The notes beneath the pieces were generated by a model that ran no database searches, was not told where the DNA came from, and saw only the letters and a program-made list of their open reading frames with translations. DNA of 64,000 nucleotides, from IMG/VR virus record IMGVR_UViG_3300046792_000467; one strand, 5' to 3'. The position numbers and the translations under genes are program-made. This DNA is from a virus. Positions within the stretch are counted from its first letter, which is position 1. The number at the start of each line of letters is the position of its first letter. Positions 1-9,863 of the stretch are shown here, piece by piece.

Positions 1-34
1 CAGCGGCGATGCGTGGCGGGATCCGGAGGGCCCC

Positions 35-262
35 GTGACGGCGACGCTCGAAGAAAAAGAGAACGAGACCGCCGAAGAGACGATCTCGAGGTGGCTCGAT
101 ACTGAGTACGTCTTTGCAGAAGACAGGATGGAGATCCTTTTGGCATGCGTGGTTATGGAGCTCATCGGATTGTCCGATGCCGAGCGGGGGCAGATGTGGG
201 TCGCGCTATCGGCGGTGGTCGAAAAGTACCAGACAGTCGAGAGCCGTGAGGACGCCAACTGA
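35..262 (+). CDS. hypothetical protein (75 aa, acidic)
   Basis: ORF track; its stop overlaps the start of the next gene at 262. Confidence 0.45.
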   Translation: MTATLEEKENETAEETISRWLDTEYVFAEDRMEILLACVVMELIGLSDAERGQMWVALSAVVEKYQTVESREDAN

Positions 263-1377
263 TGGCGCCGCGCGTCCGGCTCTACGGGACCGGGAACGGA
301 GAGGGTTCGTTCGTGCAGGTGACACGCGGCATGCGACGGGCACTCGAGGCGGCCGGCGAACTCGCGGGGTTTTGTGCGCTGGACGACGACGAGCAGACGG
401 CGGGGGCGAGCGCAGCCGTCTCGCTCAACATCGGCAACCCCAACCAGCTCCTCCGAGCGCATCGGGACGGAGAGCACAGGTCCCATTGGTTACTCCTTGC
501 CCCAAACGGAGAAACGCTGCCGTTCGGGTTCATGGACGGTCTTCTGAAGCCGTCGAAGGTACTGCCGAGAGGGATGCTCACCGGGGGCCTCTTAGCGCCG
601 AGTGCATGGGCCGCGTCCGTGCTCCGCCGCTACGTCCCAGCGACGCTGCCGGTCGTGGTGGCCCCGCACGGGGTGACGCCCGAGGTACACGTCCTCGACG
701 TTGCGCTCCGTACGCAGGCGACGCTCGAGTATCGAGGCGAGGCATTCAGCGTTCTTCACATGACGAGCAGCGAGACGGATCGCAAGGGAACGCAACAGCT
801 GCTGCGCGCATGGAAAGAGTCGAAGCGCCGCGGAACGATTCCAGGACGGGCCCGGCTCTATGTCGTGATGAATCCGGCTCACATGTCGAAGATCCGATGG
901 TGGTGTGCGGATCTTGGGCTCACCGATCTCGATGTCCCCACACGGCCCGGGCTCATCGAGAGCCAAGACGGGATCGCCAAGCTGTACGGTTCGATGCACG
1001 CCGTCTGTCAGCCAAGCCGCGGGGAGGGCTTCGGTCTCGTCCCGCTCGAAGCGCTCGCGTGCGGGGTCCCGGTGCTGGCGACGTCGTGCACTGGGCATTC
1101 GGAGTACCTCCGCGACGGGCATCCTGGGGTGTGCTTCGTCGAAGACGGGCCCCTTGCCCCGATGGACGACTTCCCTGGCTCAATGGCGCCGTCGGTAACG
1201 GTGGAGGCGATTTGTTCGGGGCTCGTGCGGCTCTACTCGAACTGGGAGAAGACCGCTCAGATGGCCGAGGCGAACGCCGCTCGGGTGCGCACGGAGTGGG
1301 CATGGGAAAAGAAGAACGCGGTGCCGATTCGGCAGATGCTACAAAGCGCGGAACAACAGATGGAGAATCAACGATGA
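262..1377 (+). CDS. GT-B fold glycosyltransferase (GT1/GT4-like)
   Basis: C-terminal motif CQPSRGEGFGLVPLEALACGVPVLAT...HSEYL is typical of GT4-type retaining glycosyltransferases. Confidence 0.8.
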   Translation: MAPRVRLYGTGNGEGSFVQVTRGMRRALEAAGELAGFCALDDDEQTAGASAAVSLNIGNPNQLLRAHRDGEHRSHWLLLAPNGETLPFGFMDGLLKPSKVLPRGMLTGGLLAPSAWAASVLRRYVPATLPVVVAPHGVTPEVHVLDVALRTQATLEYRGEAFSVLHMTSSETDRKGTQQLLRAWKESKRRGTIPGRARLYVVMNPAHMSKIRWWCADLGLTDLDVPTRPGLIESQDGIAKLYGSMHAVCQPSRGEGFGLVPLEALACGVPVLATSCTGHSEYLRDGHPGVCFVEDGPLAPMDDFPGSMAPSVTVEAICSGLVRLYSNWEKTAQMAEANAARVRTEWAWEKKNAVPIRQMLQSAEQQMENQR

Positions 1378-1712
1378 CAGACGTTGCTGAGCAAGGAACA
1401 ACCCCTCCTGGGACCGGGGACCGCCCGTCCGGATGGTTCGCTTTTCAGGAGAAGCCGGTGATGTTGCAGCTCGCCGAGCCGTACATCGCCTGCAGCTACT
1501 CGTACGCCCCGGTCCACGACAAGGAGGGCAACGTCCGGGCAACTCCGATCCTGCAGGGGATCCTCCACGTGGAGCCGGACGGCTCTGGCGGCGTGATGCT
1601 CGTCATAGAGATGCGGACTGGCAACGCGAACGACGTCGCGCTCATCGCCGTGAAACCGGGCGACGTGGTGTTCTGTTCGCACATCGTCCAGTCCTCGCTC
1701 ATCACGCAGTAG
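1374..1712 (+). CDS. hypothetical protein (112 aa)
   Basis: Internal ATG at 1374 of the 114..1712 frame; ATGA overlap with the stop of the GT gene; only this 3' part looks like real coding sequence. Confidence 0.5.
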   Translation: MTDVAEQGTTPPGTGDRPSGWFAFQEKPVMLQLAEPYIACSYSYAPVHDKEGNVRATPILQGILHVEPDGSGGVMLVIEMRTGNANDVALIAVKPGDVVFCSHIVQSSLITQ

Positions 1713-1717
1713 GACAC

Positions 1718-2383
1718 GTGCCGCGGGACACCTTTCGCACCTGGCTTGCGGGTTGTCTCCGAGGGACGAAGTTCGCCTCGATAGAGCTTAATGATGCCGA
1801 CATCGACAAGACGGCCAAGCGCCTGGGCGTCGATGTAGATCTGCTGCTCGAGGTCAGGGCAAAAGCGCTTATCGAATTGCATGCGCGTGGGCTAGCGCCT
1901 GCGCCCTCGAATAGCCGGACTGCTGCCGCGCGGAAGCTCCTGGGACAGCAGCTCAAAGAACAAATGCGCTGGACCTACCAGTTTCATTTTCGGATGCCGC
2001 CTGAGATCATCAGCATGTGGAAAGCCGAGTGCGAACTCCGGGGAGTCCACCCGCCAACGTTCATGCGAAGCCTCATCCATGAGTACCTCCTCGGTACGCG
2101 AGAGCCTAGGGCCGTGCACCACTGGAGCTGGCGCGGGAAGATCTACCCCGCGTACCGCGCAGGAACGCACGAGCCCACCGTCATCACGCAGGGGGCGCGC
2201 CGAGCACTCTTTCACCGTTCGTCCTCGCTCGGGACCAGCGCCTCGGCGGTCGTCAGGGGCCTCGTGCTGGAGGCCATGGAGGGGGAACACAGGGACATCC
2301 CGCTCGTAACTGCGGGCATGATGTATGACGACGAAACCCGCTACAATACCGTCCCGCTTGACCCCAACCGGCGACCCCGGTAG
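1718..2383 (+). CDS. hypothetical protein (start tentative, GTG 1718)
   Basis: In-frame GTG just after the upstream stop in ORF 1433..2383; start uncertain. Confidence 0.4.
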   Translation: MPRDTFRTWLAGCLRGTKFASIELNDADIDKTAKRLGVDVDLLLEVRAKALIELHARGLAPAPSNSRTAAARKLLGQQLKEQMRWTYQFHFRMPPEIISMWKAECELRGVHPPTFMRSLIHEYLLGTREPRAVHHWSWRGKIYPAYRAGTHEPTVITQGARRALFHRSSSLGTSASAVVRGLVLEAMEGEHRDIPLVTAGMMYDDETRYNTVPLDPNRRPR

Positions 2384-2394
2384 CCTTTCGAGCC

Positions 2395-2778
2395 ATGGCG
2401 TTTGCCGTCGGAGATCGGGCCCGAGTTCGGCTGTCGAGCGCAGCGCTGCTGGCCGGGACGTTGCAGCCGCAGCCGCCGCTTATTGGCCTCGTGCAAGACG
2501 TGACGGGTACGACGATCAAGGTGAGCTTCGGGGGAGCCGCGGCTGGCATTACCGTGGACGCCGCCTTCCTCGACCAGATCACCGATCTGGCGCCGAATAT
2601 TCGCAATGCGCTGATCGACAAGGTCGTTCTCGGCCTCGGCTATCAGTCGGCGTACACGGGCCGCGTCGTGGACGCGTACATCGTGGATGGGGACTTCAAG
2701 GTTTTGGTCCAGGTGCTCGAGAACGAGATGTTCTACGAGCTACTCTTCCTCAACGTCGACATTCTGGGAGACCGCTGA
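2395..2778 (+). CDS. hypothetical protein (127 aa)
   Basis: ORF track; tight spacing in a co-directional block. Confidence 0.55.
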   Translation: MAFAVGDRARVRLSSAALLAGTLQPQPPLIGLVQDVTGTTIKVSFGGAAAGITVDAAFLDQITDLAPNIRNALIDKVVLGLGYQSAYTGRVVDAYIVDGDFKVLVQVLENEMFYELLFLNVDILGDR

Positions 2779-2781
2779 GCC

Positions 2782-3219
2782 ATGGCCCAAGGTGACGTTA
2801 TCGCGGAGCGGATCAATCAGGTCTCTCCATCGACGATTCAGCCGCAGCCGGTCCACTTCGGCATCATCACGGCCCACGCGGCGCCAGGCGCACCGACGGT
2901 TCTCTGGGACACGGCGCTCATCGAAACCATGGCCGCGGCGGACGACGCCAGCCTGAACCTCGATGTCATCGAAAATGCGAGCGGGGCTAACGTCACCGCA
3001 TTCACGGGAAAGACGGTGCTCCGCATCGCTCCCGCCGGCGACGAGCCAGGAGACCCATCGGGGGGCACGTCGCGCGAGTTCGTTGCAACGGTCGTTTCGA
3101 TCTACAAGCGGACCCCGCTCGGGGACACTCCGGGATCGGGAGACGACTATCTGCTCGTGAAGAGTGGTGGCCTCTACTTCGAGGACTTGGCGACCCAGTT
3201 CACTCCGATCACCGTGTGA
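2782..3219 (+). CDS. hypothetical protein (145 aa)
   Basis: ORF track; starts 4 nt after the upstream stop. Confidence 0.55.
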   Translation: MAQGDVIAERINQVSPSTIQPQPVHFGIITAHAAPGAPTVLWDTALIETMAAADDASLNLDVIENASGANVTAFTGKTVLRIAPAGDEPGDPSGGTSREFVATVVSIYKRTPLGDTPGSGDDYLLVKSGGLYFEDLATQFTPITV

Positions 3220-3332
3220 ATGGCGCGCCCAGAAGAATCGACGACGTGGCTGGAACTCTTCGGCTTCTTCGCGCTCTGTATCATCGAAAAGCTGGTCGAC
3301 GGGTGATCGTGAGCGGCGCTCCGCTCCCTCAA

Positions 3333-3599
3333 TTACTCGGAGGTGCGCGCTACCCGTCGAGCAAGGGTGGGTCCTAGCGTGTCCGGGTTGCCGGTGTAGT
3401 CGCAGCCGTCTTTGATGCAGACGTAGTGCTCGAGACGGCAGCAGGTGTGGGTCCCGTCGAATGGGTAGCAGGAGGTCCCGAAGTATCCGCACGGATACGG
3501 AGTGCCTGGCCCGGTCTTCGGCGTAAGGAGCGTCCCTCCGCAGCCGGTGAGGGCGACTCCTACGACCAGGAGTAAGAACAGCCCGATGGCGCGGATCAT
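3333..3599 (-). CDS. small Cys-rich lipoprotein
   Basis: Signal peptide with lipobox (VALTGC) followed by a Cys-rich mature part; 4-nt overlap with the upstream gene. Confidence 0.6.
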   Translation of the reverse strand: MIRAIGLFLLLVVGVALTGCGGTLLTPKTGPGTPYPCGYFGTSCYPFDGTHTCCRLEHYVCIKDGCDYTGNPDTLGPTLARRVARTSE

Positions 3600-4303
3600 G
3601 ACCGCGCCATCCTACGAGCGGTCCGAGAGTACGGACTTGATTTCATGGCGGCGCGGTGCGGGCGCTCACGCGCCATCTCCCGAAAGTGCTCGGAGAATTC
3701 CTGGCTCGGGGCGCCGTTCGTTTCGATGACGATGTCGTAGCCCCCTGGAGTCCTGGCGGGTGCGGGGCCGGACAGTTTGCCCATGAAGTCGAACTTCTCG
3801 CCGGGTATGGGCGTGTCGCGGAAGTAGTTCGGGGTGACGAAGTTCGAGACGGTGACCATCGTGTCGCCGATCTGCTTCGAGTACGAGTCGTTCTCGACAG
3901 CGTCGCATAGCTCGAGGGCTCGCATCTTCCCGTCGGGGCATTGGTGCCACAGTGTGCACGAGGGATCGGCGAAGGCTTCGCAGAGTTCATGCGACAGGAC
4001 GCTAGAGACGGTCTGGCCATCGGCCAAGGCCGTTTTTGCAAAGATGAAGACGATGGGTTTCCCCTGATCGTCCACGTCATGAAACCCGAGCTCTCCGGGC
4101 GAGTCGGCGTCGTCCTTGACCTGGACCTGGTAGGCGTCCGCGTCTACGGCCCCGTTGTCGGAGAACTCCACGACCGGCGCCAGTCGTTCCCAGGTGGGCG
4201 CGACGTCTTCGCGGAGCTGCGCGGCGCAGCCGGCTGTGTCGAGCATCAGCTCCGCGTTGGTGCGGACCGTGCAGTCGTTTTGGATCTGGAACTTCATCGA
4301 CAA
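3596..4303 (-). CDS. hypothetical protein (235 aa)
   Basis: ORF track; flanked by and overlapping two lipoprotein genes. Confidence 0.55.
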   Translation of the reverse strand: MSMKFQIQNDCTVRTNAELMLDTAGCAAQLREDVAPTWERLAPVVEFSDNGAVDADAYQVQVKDDADSPGELGFHDVDDQGKPIVFIFAKTALADGQTVSSVLSHELCEAFADPSCTLWHQCPDGKMRALELCDAVENDSYSKQIGDTMVTVSNFVTPNYFRDTPIPGEKFDFMGKLSGPAPARTPGGYDIVIETNGAPSQEFSEHFREMARERPHRAAMKSSPYSRTARRMARS

Positions 4304-4560
4304 GAGCCTCCGCAGGTCAGGATGCGCGCAGCGCAGTACGGGTCGGGATTCGAGAGGTTCGTGACCACCGCCGGGCAGTCGGCGAGGCAGTGCTCCAAAG
4401 GAGCCATGGCGGTTCCCCCCGGGCAGGGCGTCTGCCGCGCAGTGGCGCAGGCGCTCGCGCAGCTTCCCGCGTCCTGGACGGGCGGCGGAGTGACCGGCGG
4501 CGGACTAGGCGCGGTTCGAGAACAGGTCATCAGAGCCAGGCCGAGCAAGGCGTGTTTCAT
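4294..4560 (-). CDS. small Cys-rich lipoprotein/secreted protein
   Basis: Internal Met start gives MKHALLGLALMTC (lipobox-like), then a Pro-rich linker and a Cys-rich domain. Confidence 0.5.
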   Translation of the reverse strand: MKHALLGLALMTCSRTAPSPPPVTPPPVQDAGSCASACATARQTPCPGGTAMAPLEHCLADCPAVVTNLSNPDPYCAARILTCGGSCR

Positions 4561-4596
4561 GTCTCTCGGAGGGAAGGATAGCACAGGTCACTCCGA

Positions 4597-4866
4597 TCAC
4601 CGCATGAGCCGAACGAAGCCCCACGGCGCCACCCGCGCGGCCCCTCGCTTGAGCTCGCGCCGCCGCTCGGCGCGACAGACGCGGCATTCCGGCCGGCGCC
4701 CGCCGGGGCTTGCGGCGTGTGGCGCGAAGTCCTCGACGGTCAGATCAGGTCTCGTGCACCAGGCGCATGCTCGGGGCGACTCCGGAGGGAGCGGCACCAC
4801 ACGATGATGCGGGGGGATCGGGGGGTATCCCGGAAGAAACTGACCGTTTACGGCGCGCGGCTTCAT
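4597..4866 (-). CDS. hypothetical Cys-containing protein (89 aa)
   Basis: ORF track; CxxC-type pairs (CAWC, CRVC) suggest a zinc ribbon. Confidence 0.4.
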   Translation of the reverse strand: MKPRAVNGQFLPGYPPIPPHHRVVPLPPESPRACAWCTRPDLTVEDFAPHAASPGGRRPECRVCRAERRRELKRGAARVAPWGFVRLMR

Positions 4867-4872
4867 GAGCGA

Positions 4873-7800
4873 CTAGAACGGCAACGTCATCGCCGCCATC
4901 ATCCGGATGGCGCTCGGTAGTACCTGCTCGGCGTTCGCGACGTAGTCCGCCCCGCACGCAAACGCCCCGACGGTCATGTACCGCGGCGGCGGCGCGTTCG
5001 GGACCATGTCGTCGCCCGATAGGTGATGCTCTCCGCCGACCGAGAGGAGCTCCTCCCAGGCGGACTCCTCGGGCTCCTCGATCTCGATCGGCTCTGCCTC
5101 CCGCACGGGCGTTCTACGCGCGCCCGCTGGCCTCCGGCGGACGACGGTGCCCCCCGGAGTGACGACGACCTGTCCGTCCTTGACGGCGCTTTTCGCGATC
5201 GCAGCCGCAACCTCTGGCGCCGGGAGCGCCACCTGGGCCCGCAGCGAATCGGACAGGAGGCCCGCTTCGATGACCTCGTCGGCGCTCTTCTCATCGAGTC
5301 CTTCCTCAATGACCAACCGGCGAAGCGCGCCTTCGTCCATGTCGCGATCGATACGGACGATCCGCTGGCTCGCTCGCCGGACCCCGTTGAGCCAGACCAT
5401 GCGAACGTCTTTGCCGGTGAGCTCGGCCGCCATCCGTGTTTCGATCTCGGCGGGGCACGGGAAGATCCAGGCCATGTACGAGAGCATCACGGAGTAGAGC
5501 ATGCTGTACTCCGACGACCGCTTCGGGCCGCGTTCGACGGGGATCCCGTGCCGCTTCACGTGCTCCCACATGCCGCGGGCGGCGCGACGGACGACGCACT
5601 CCGAATCGCGCCCGTCGTAGCTGAGAGCGAACTGCTCACGAAACTCCTTCGTGTGCGAGATGGTGTGCTTCGAGAGATCGAGTCGCAATGTGCTCGCGTC
5701 GAAGAGCCGGCTTTTCAGCACGTTGGGGTCGATCTCTTCGATGCCGATGTCGGGGAAGGCGTTGCCGAGGAGCCGCTCGATGGTCGCGTCCCGCTTCGAT
5801 CGCTTCTTCGTGGTCCCCTCCTTGAGGGCCTCTTTCGGATCTTGGACCCCGTACTCCTCAAGCTGCTCGACCAGGAACTTGCGGGTCCGCTCGATGCTCT
5901 CGCGCGCGTCCTTGTCTCCGCTGGCTGTGCGCAGTTGCTCGATCGTCTCGTAGTACTCCTTCAGGAGCTCTCGGGCCTGCGCGACGCGCCCGAGGCGCTC
6001 CTCGGTGGCGAACTCGAGCTCCTTCGTGATCGTGTCCTTTCGGACCTTCGTGAGCTTCTGTCCGGTGATGGCCCCGAGCCATTTCACGAACCAGTCCCAT
6101 TCGTCGCGGTGGTTCTCGTAGATGTCCCGTACCGGATCGTCGAGGACGAACCAGTCAGGGAGCTCTTCTGCGGGGCTCACGCCGATGACGGAGGCGTCGC
6201 GCCATGTCGCCTGAAACTCGACCCACTCCTCGTCGTCGAGGTCACTCTTCCCTCTCGGTCGCTCGATGTCCTCGAAGGCCCGGACCGTCGTCGTGTACCG
6301 GTCGGCGTTCAGTTCGAGCCAGGTGATGAGGTACTCCTCGTCGTGCGCCCGGATGTCCTTGCCGACGGTCGCCGACGCATCGAACGGGGCCCATCGGAAC
6401 TTGTGCTTCGTTCCTCGCTCGAGACCCTCGAGCATCTTCAGGAACGCGCCCCACCATCGATCGAGCCCGAACGCTTTCGTGGGGGAGGTGCGAAGCCATC
6501 GGGCGCGCATGTGCTCGACCGTCTCCCAGAGCTTCTTCGCGTGGATCGGTGCGAGCGCTGGATCCATTTGCTTGCGAGCGAGGACCGGCAGCGGCGGCAC
6601 GACGACGGCACGACGTGCGCCCGTCTTATCCCGCACCTCGACGGTCACCTCTCCGTTCGCGGACGAGGAGCCGCGAGCGAACCAGGGAAGGAGTGAGCTC
6701 TCGCCGATGCCGTAGTTGATTGGCCACGGATCGTAGTTTTCCTGGAGCCACGGATTCTGCTGGACGAGGTCCCGCTTGTCGCCTGGGAGGGCGAGGTTCG
6801 CGAGCTTCCGCCCCTTCGGGGTATCTCTCCGGAGGTTCACCCGGGAGAACTCGATCCGTTCCTGCTCTCCCGTGCGCTCGCCGGCTGCGACGCCCGCGGG
6901 GGGCGGCCGGAGCCCTGCGTACGCATGCACCGGCGAGGGGGGCGAGATGCCGTCCCGGACCTCCGATCCCGGCGGTACCGCCGGTCCCTCCGCCCCGACG
7001 GCCACGAGCCCCCGTCCGGTCGGGACAACGGCGTCAGGGGCCACCTTGGGCGACTGGGCCGGTAGCCCCTCCCGTACGAGACGCTCCAGCTCCCGGGTCG
7101 CCCGCGCCGGGCGCCGTTGGGGCCTCGGGGGCGCCCGAGGCCGCTCCGCTCGCGCAGGGACCGCGTACGTGTCGATGACGGGCTTGGACGCCCTCACGGG
7201 CGGCTGGCGGGGCGCCTCGGTGTCAGCCGGTGCCGGCGGCTCGTGGGCGGCGCCCGCGATGAAGTCGAGAATTTCATTCTGCCCGGAAAGCGCCTCTGTG
7301 CTCGTATCGGCCTCGACGTAGGTCTCGGTGGTCAGGATCGACTCGTGACCGAGCATGTGTTGGATCTCCCGGAGGGGTTTGCCCTTCCGGGACATGGCCG
7401 TCGCGGCGAAGTGCCGAAACGCGTGCGCGTGCACGAGGGCCTGCTCGTCCTCGGTGAACCCAGCCTTCTTCGCGATGCGCTTCAGCAGCGCGTCAGCGCC
7501 GTTCCTGGTCATCGGTCGCCGGTAGTCGGGCCGCGTGCTCCTGTTCGGTTTGAGCTCCTGGTAGTTGTGAGTCGAGTTCGCTCCCCAGAAGTGCACGGGA
7601 GGGAAGAGCGGCGCGTCGGGCTCTTCGGAGAGCAGCTTGTAGCGCCACCCGATCGCGCTCGGAGCGAGGTAGTGCAATCCCTTCGGATTGTCGCTCTGCG
7701 TCCCCTCGAGCGGCGCGTGCCGCGAGAGCTCCACCTGGAACGCGGTCAGGGCTTTGAGAGCGTACGGCGGAAAGGGGAGCCGCTGATGAAACCCGCGCTT

Positions 7801-8952
7801 CCTGACGAGCTCTACCGCCGGTGGGTTCGATCGCCCATCGTACCAGCCGGGCCACCGCATCACATCACTCGCCGGCGGCCGGTCCCGCCGAATGCGCAGG
7901 CTCTCGGTCACGCGCGCGCCCGTGAGGACGAGAAACCAGAGGAGGGCTGCGTCGCGCTTATCGGTGAGCTGCGGCCCGTCTGCGGCTTGCAGCATCCGCT
8001 CGACGAGCTGCGGGGACAGCTTCCCCTTCCGGGCGCGCCCGGCGCGCCTGTCGGCGCCGAGGCCCACGCGCACTCGGGCCCCGACGTCGGCGAACACGTT
8101 GTGGCGGATGAGCGCGCCCTCGCCGCTCGACGTGTCGGCCTCCATGAGCGCCTTCCAGAACGCGGAGAGGGCCGCGATCCGAACGACGATGGTCGTGCGC
8201 CCGACGGCGCGGGGGCGAGGCAGGGAGTAGGAGAAGATCTCGTCGAGTGGCACCTCGTGCCTCTGCTCTCCGTCAGGCACGATCACTACGAAGGTGGAGA
8301 TCCCGATGCGTGGGTCGTCGCGGCGGAGCTCCTCCATCGTCGGCGAGCGGACAAGGAGCCCATGGAGCACCATGCGACCGAGTTCGGCATGGAGCCACGG
8401 CCGATCGATGACGGCGCTGTTGCTCCGGGACGGGTGGGCGCTCGCGAGCCAGACAGGGACCTTCGTCACGATGCTCGTGATGTCGGTCGTGCCGAGTTCC
8501 TTCACGATGTCGTAGAGCGCGAGGCGCACGCGCTGGTCGCCATCGCGGAGCTTCTCTCCCTCGAGCGAGAAGGTTCGTGTCGCGAGCCACTCGACGTAAT
8601 CCTCTGCGTCCTTCCTCGTGACCTCAGGCGGCGAGACGACGCGCCCGTACTTCGTGGCGATCCACTCGAAGAACTCGGTCAGCGCCGCGGCGTAGACGCG
8701 TCTCGTCGCCGGCGAGTAGGTGCCGATGTACGCCTCGTACTCCGTCGACCCCTGCTGTTCCGATCTGCCCGTGAACCGAGAGAGGACGGAGGCGTACCGG
8801 TGGGAGGCCGCCTTGTCGCCGCCGGCAAAGGCCGTCGTCCACTTCTCGAGCGATTCCGGTGCGGTCTTCCCCCGGAAGAGGGCCAGCTCCGGCCGGTTCG
8901 GTTTGGGCATAGCGTTAACATAAACGCTCCGGCTTCCCGTTCCTAGCGCCAT
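4873..8952 (-). CDS. giant tyrosine-recombinase-domain protein (1359 aa)
   Basis: N-terminal SAM-like core-binding region (YAAALTEFFEWIA...AEDYVEWL). Catalytic motifs are LVLTGARVTE (box I Arg) and HAFRHFAATAM...LGHESILTTETY (HxxR...H...Y). These are followed by a Pro-rich linker and a C-terminal extension of about 750 aa with no motif I recognise. Confidence 0.85.
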   Translation of the reverse strand: MALGTGSRSVYVNAMPKPNRPELALFRGKTAPESLEKWTTAFAGGDKAASHRYASVLSRFTGRSEQQGSTEYEAYIGTYSPATRRVYAAALTEFFEWIATKYGRVVSPPEVTRKDAEDYVEWLATRTFSLEGEKLRDGDQRVRLALYDIVKELGTTDITSIVTKVPVWLASAHPSRSNSAVIDRPWLHAELGRMVLHGLLVRSPTMEELRRDDPRIGISTFVVIVPDGEQRHEVPLDEIFSYSLPRPRAVGRTTIVVRIAALSAFWKALMEADTSSGEGALIRHNVFADVGARVRVGLGADRRAGRARKGKLSPQLVERMLQAADGPQLTDKRDAALLWFLVLTGARVTESLRIRRDRPPASDVMRWPGWYDGRSNPPAVELVRKRGFHQRLPFPPYALKALTAFQVELSRHAPLEGTQSDNPKGLHYLAPSAIGWRYKLLSEEPDAPLFPPVHFWGANSTHNYQELKPNRSTRPDYRRPMTRNGADALLKRIAKKAGFTEDEQALVHAHAFRHFAATAMSRKGKPLREIQHMLGHESILTTETYVEADTSTEALSGQNEILDFIAGAAHEPPAPADTEAPRQPPVRASKPVIDTYAVPARAERPRAPPRPQRRPARATRELERLVREGLPAQSPKVAPDAVVPTGRGLVAVGAEGPAVPPGSEVRDGISPPSPVHAYAGLRPPPAGVAAGERTGEQERIEFSRVNLRRDTPKGRKLANLALPGDKRDLVQQNPWLQENYDPWPINYGIGESSLLPWFARGSSSANGEVTVEVRDKTGARRAVVVPPLPVLARKQMDPALAPIHAKKLWETVEHMRARWLRTSPTKAFGLDRWWGAFLKMLEGLERGTKHKFRWAPFDASATVGKDIRAHDEEYLITWLELNADRYTTTVRAFEDIERPRGKSDLDDEEWVEFQATWRDASVIGVSPAEELPDWFVLDDPVRDIYENHRDEWDWFVKWLGAITGQKLTKVRKDTITKELEFATEERLGRVAQARELLKEYYETIEQLRTASGDKDARESIERTRKFLVEQLEEYGVQDPKEALKEGTTKKRSKRDATIERLLGNAFPDIGIEEIDPNVLKSRLFDASTLRLDLSKHTISHTKEFREQFALSYDGRDSECVVRRAARGMWEHVKRHGIPVERGPKRSSEYSMLYSVMLSYMAWIFPCPAEIETRMAAELTGKDVRMVWLNGVRRASQRIVRIDRDMDEGALRRLVIEEGLDEKSADEVIEAGLLSDSLRAQVALPAPEVAAAIAKSAVKDGQVVVTPGGTVVRRRPAGARRTPVREAEPIEIEEPEESAWEELLSVGGEHHLSGDDMVPNAPPPRYMTVGAFACGADYVANAEQVLPSAIRMMAAMTLPF

Positions 8953-8971
8953 CCGGTAGGATGAGGGGACC

Positions 8972-9406
8972 GTGTCCGCCGCCAGCCGAATCGTTGATGG
9001 GCTCTGGGTCGGCGCGGCGCCCCCGCCCGGGGACTACACGGACCAGTTCGACGTCATCGTCTTCACGGCGGAGGAGTATCAGCCGCCGGCGTCGTACTTC
9101 CCTGGCGTGAAGGTGCGGCACTTCCCGTACGACGACAAGCAACCGCCGAGTCAGACAGATCTGATGACGGCGTGGTCTGGGGCGGAGGCGGTTGCCAGCG
9201 ACCTTCGCCGTGGTCGGAATGTCCTGGTCACCTGCAGGATGGGGCGGAATCGTTCGGCGCTCGTCGCGGCCCTCGCGCTCCACCTCGTGACGGGCGAGCC
9301 CGGTCGCGAGTGTCTCAGGATCGTACGGAGTAAGAGGACCGATCAGGAAGGGATCCGCGCGCTGTCGAACAAGGCGTTTCAGCAGTACCTGACGGCGCTG
9401 CCGTGA
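8972..9406 (+). CDS. dual-specificity/tyrosine protein phosphatase-like protein
   Basis: C-X5-R-S signature VLVTCRMGRNRSALV in a 144-aa protein. Confidence 0.7.
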   Translation: MSAASRIVDGLWVGAAPPPGDYTDQFDVIVFTAEEYQPPASYFPGVKVRHFPYDDKQPPSQTDLMTAWSGAEAVASDLRRGRNVLVTCRMGRNRSALVAALALHLVTGEPGRECLRIVRSKRTDQEGIRALSNKAFQQYLTALP

Positions 9407-9433
9407 GCCACAAGGATAGCGACCGAAAGGCCG

Positions 9434-9793
9434 CTAGTGGACTAGGTCGACCAGAACGGTGGTGAGGAATTGGACGACCGGAAGGAGCGGCCCTGTACCG
9501 GCGAGGATTTTCTGCCCTGCGATTGCAGTGAGCGCCGCCTGCGGCGCAAGTGCTGTTTGCCCAGCAAACATGAACGATGCATACGCCGTTCGAGCGGGGT
9601 AACGCCATGAGATGTCATGGGGGTTCATCGCTGCGGCCATCACTGCGGTGAGCGCCGCAGCGGTCACGACTGCGAAGTCCTGCTTGTCCGACCCACCCGG
9701 GTGATTCCGAGAGCGTTGAGAAAAAATCTTCGCAATGGTCACCACTGATGCTGGGTCTGAAACAACCGGAGCAGCTAAACCGAGTCCGTTCAT
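9434..9793 (-). CDS. hypothetical membrane protein
   Basis: ORF track; Ala-rich hydrophobic segments. Confidence 0.4.
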   Translation of the reverse strand: MNGLGLAAPVVSDPASVVTIAKIFSQRSRNHPGGSDKQDFAVVTAAALTAVMAAAMNPHDISWRYPARTAYASFMFAGQTALAPQAALTAIAGQKILAGTGPLLPVVQFLTTVLVDLVH

Positions 9794-9863
9794 GTGGGAA
9801 TGCCTCTGAAGGTCGACTCTACCCCCCCCTCTTTTTTGTCAACCTCTGAGTATGTGCGCGGGG

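Noticed and set aside
114-1712. 532-aa ORF spanning the glycosyltransferase gene in another frame
   Set aside because: It is Arg/Gly/Ala-rich, which is typical of an out-of-frame read of GC-rich coding DNA. The frame at 262..1377 has clear GT motifs. Only the last 112 codons (1374..1712) were kept as a plausible gene.
5023-8946. Long plus-strand ORFs (5023..6696 at 557 aa, 7117..8946 at 609 aa) opposite the recombinase gene
   Set aside because: They are antisense shadows of a 4-kb GC-rich gene. They have no motifs and a low-complexity R/G/P/L composition. The minus-strand frame carries unambiguous tyrosine-recombinase motifs.
4873-8952. Calling the giant recombinase a protelomerase, or assigning it to the inverted-repeat-flanked segment at 22.7 kb
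   Set aside because: Neither has direct sequence support: no hairpin telomere or telRL-like palindrome is seen in the window, and the two loci are 14 kb apart. I kept these only as possibilities inside the finding.
9821-9838. A C8 run followed by a T6 run in the intergenic region upstream of the minus-strand gene 9434..9793. I considered it as a terminator or a phase-variable tract
   Set aside because: There is no adjacent stem-loop, and the orientation does not fit termination of either neighbouring gene. Slipped-strand phase variation cannot be supported from a single sequence.
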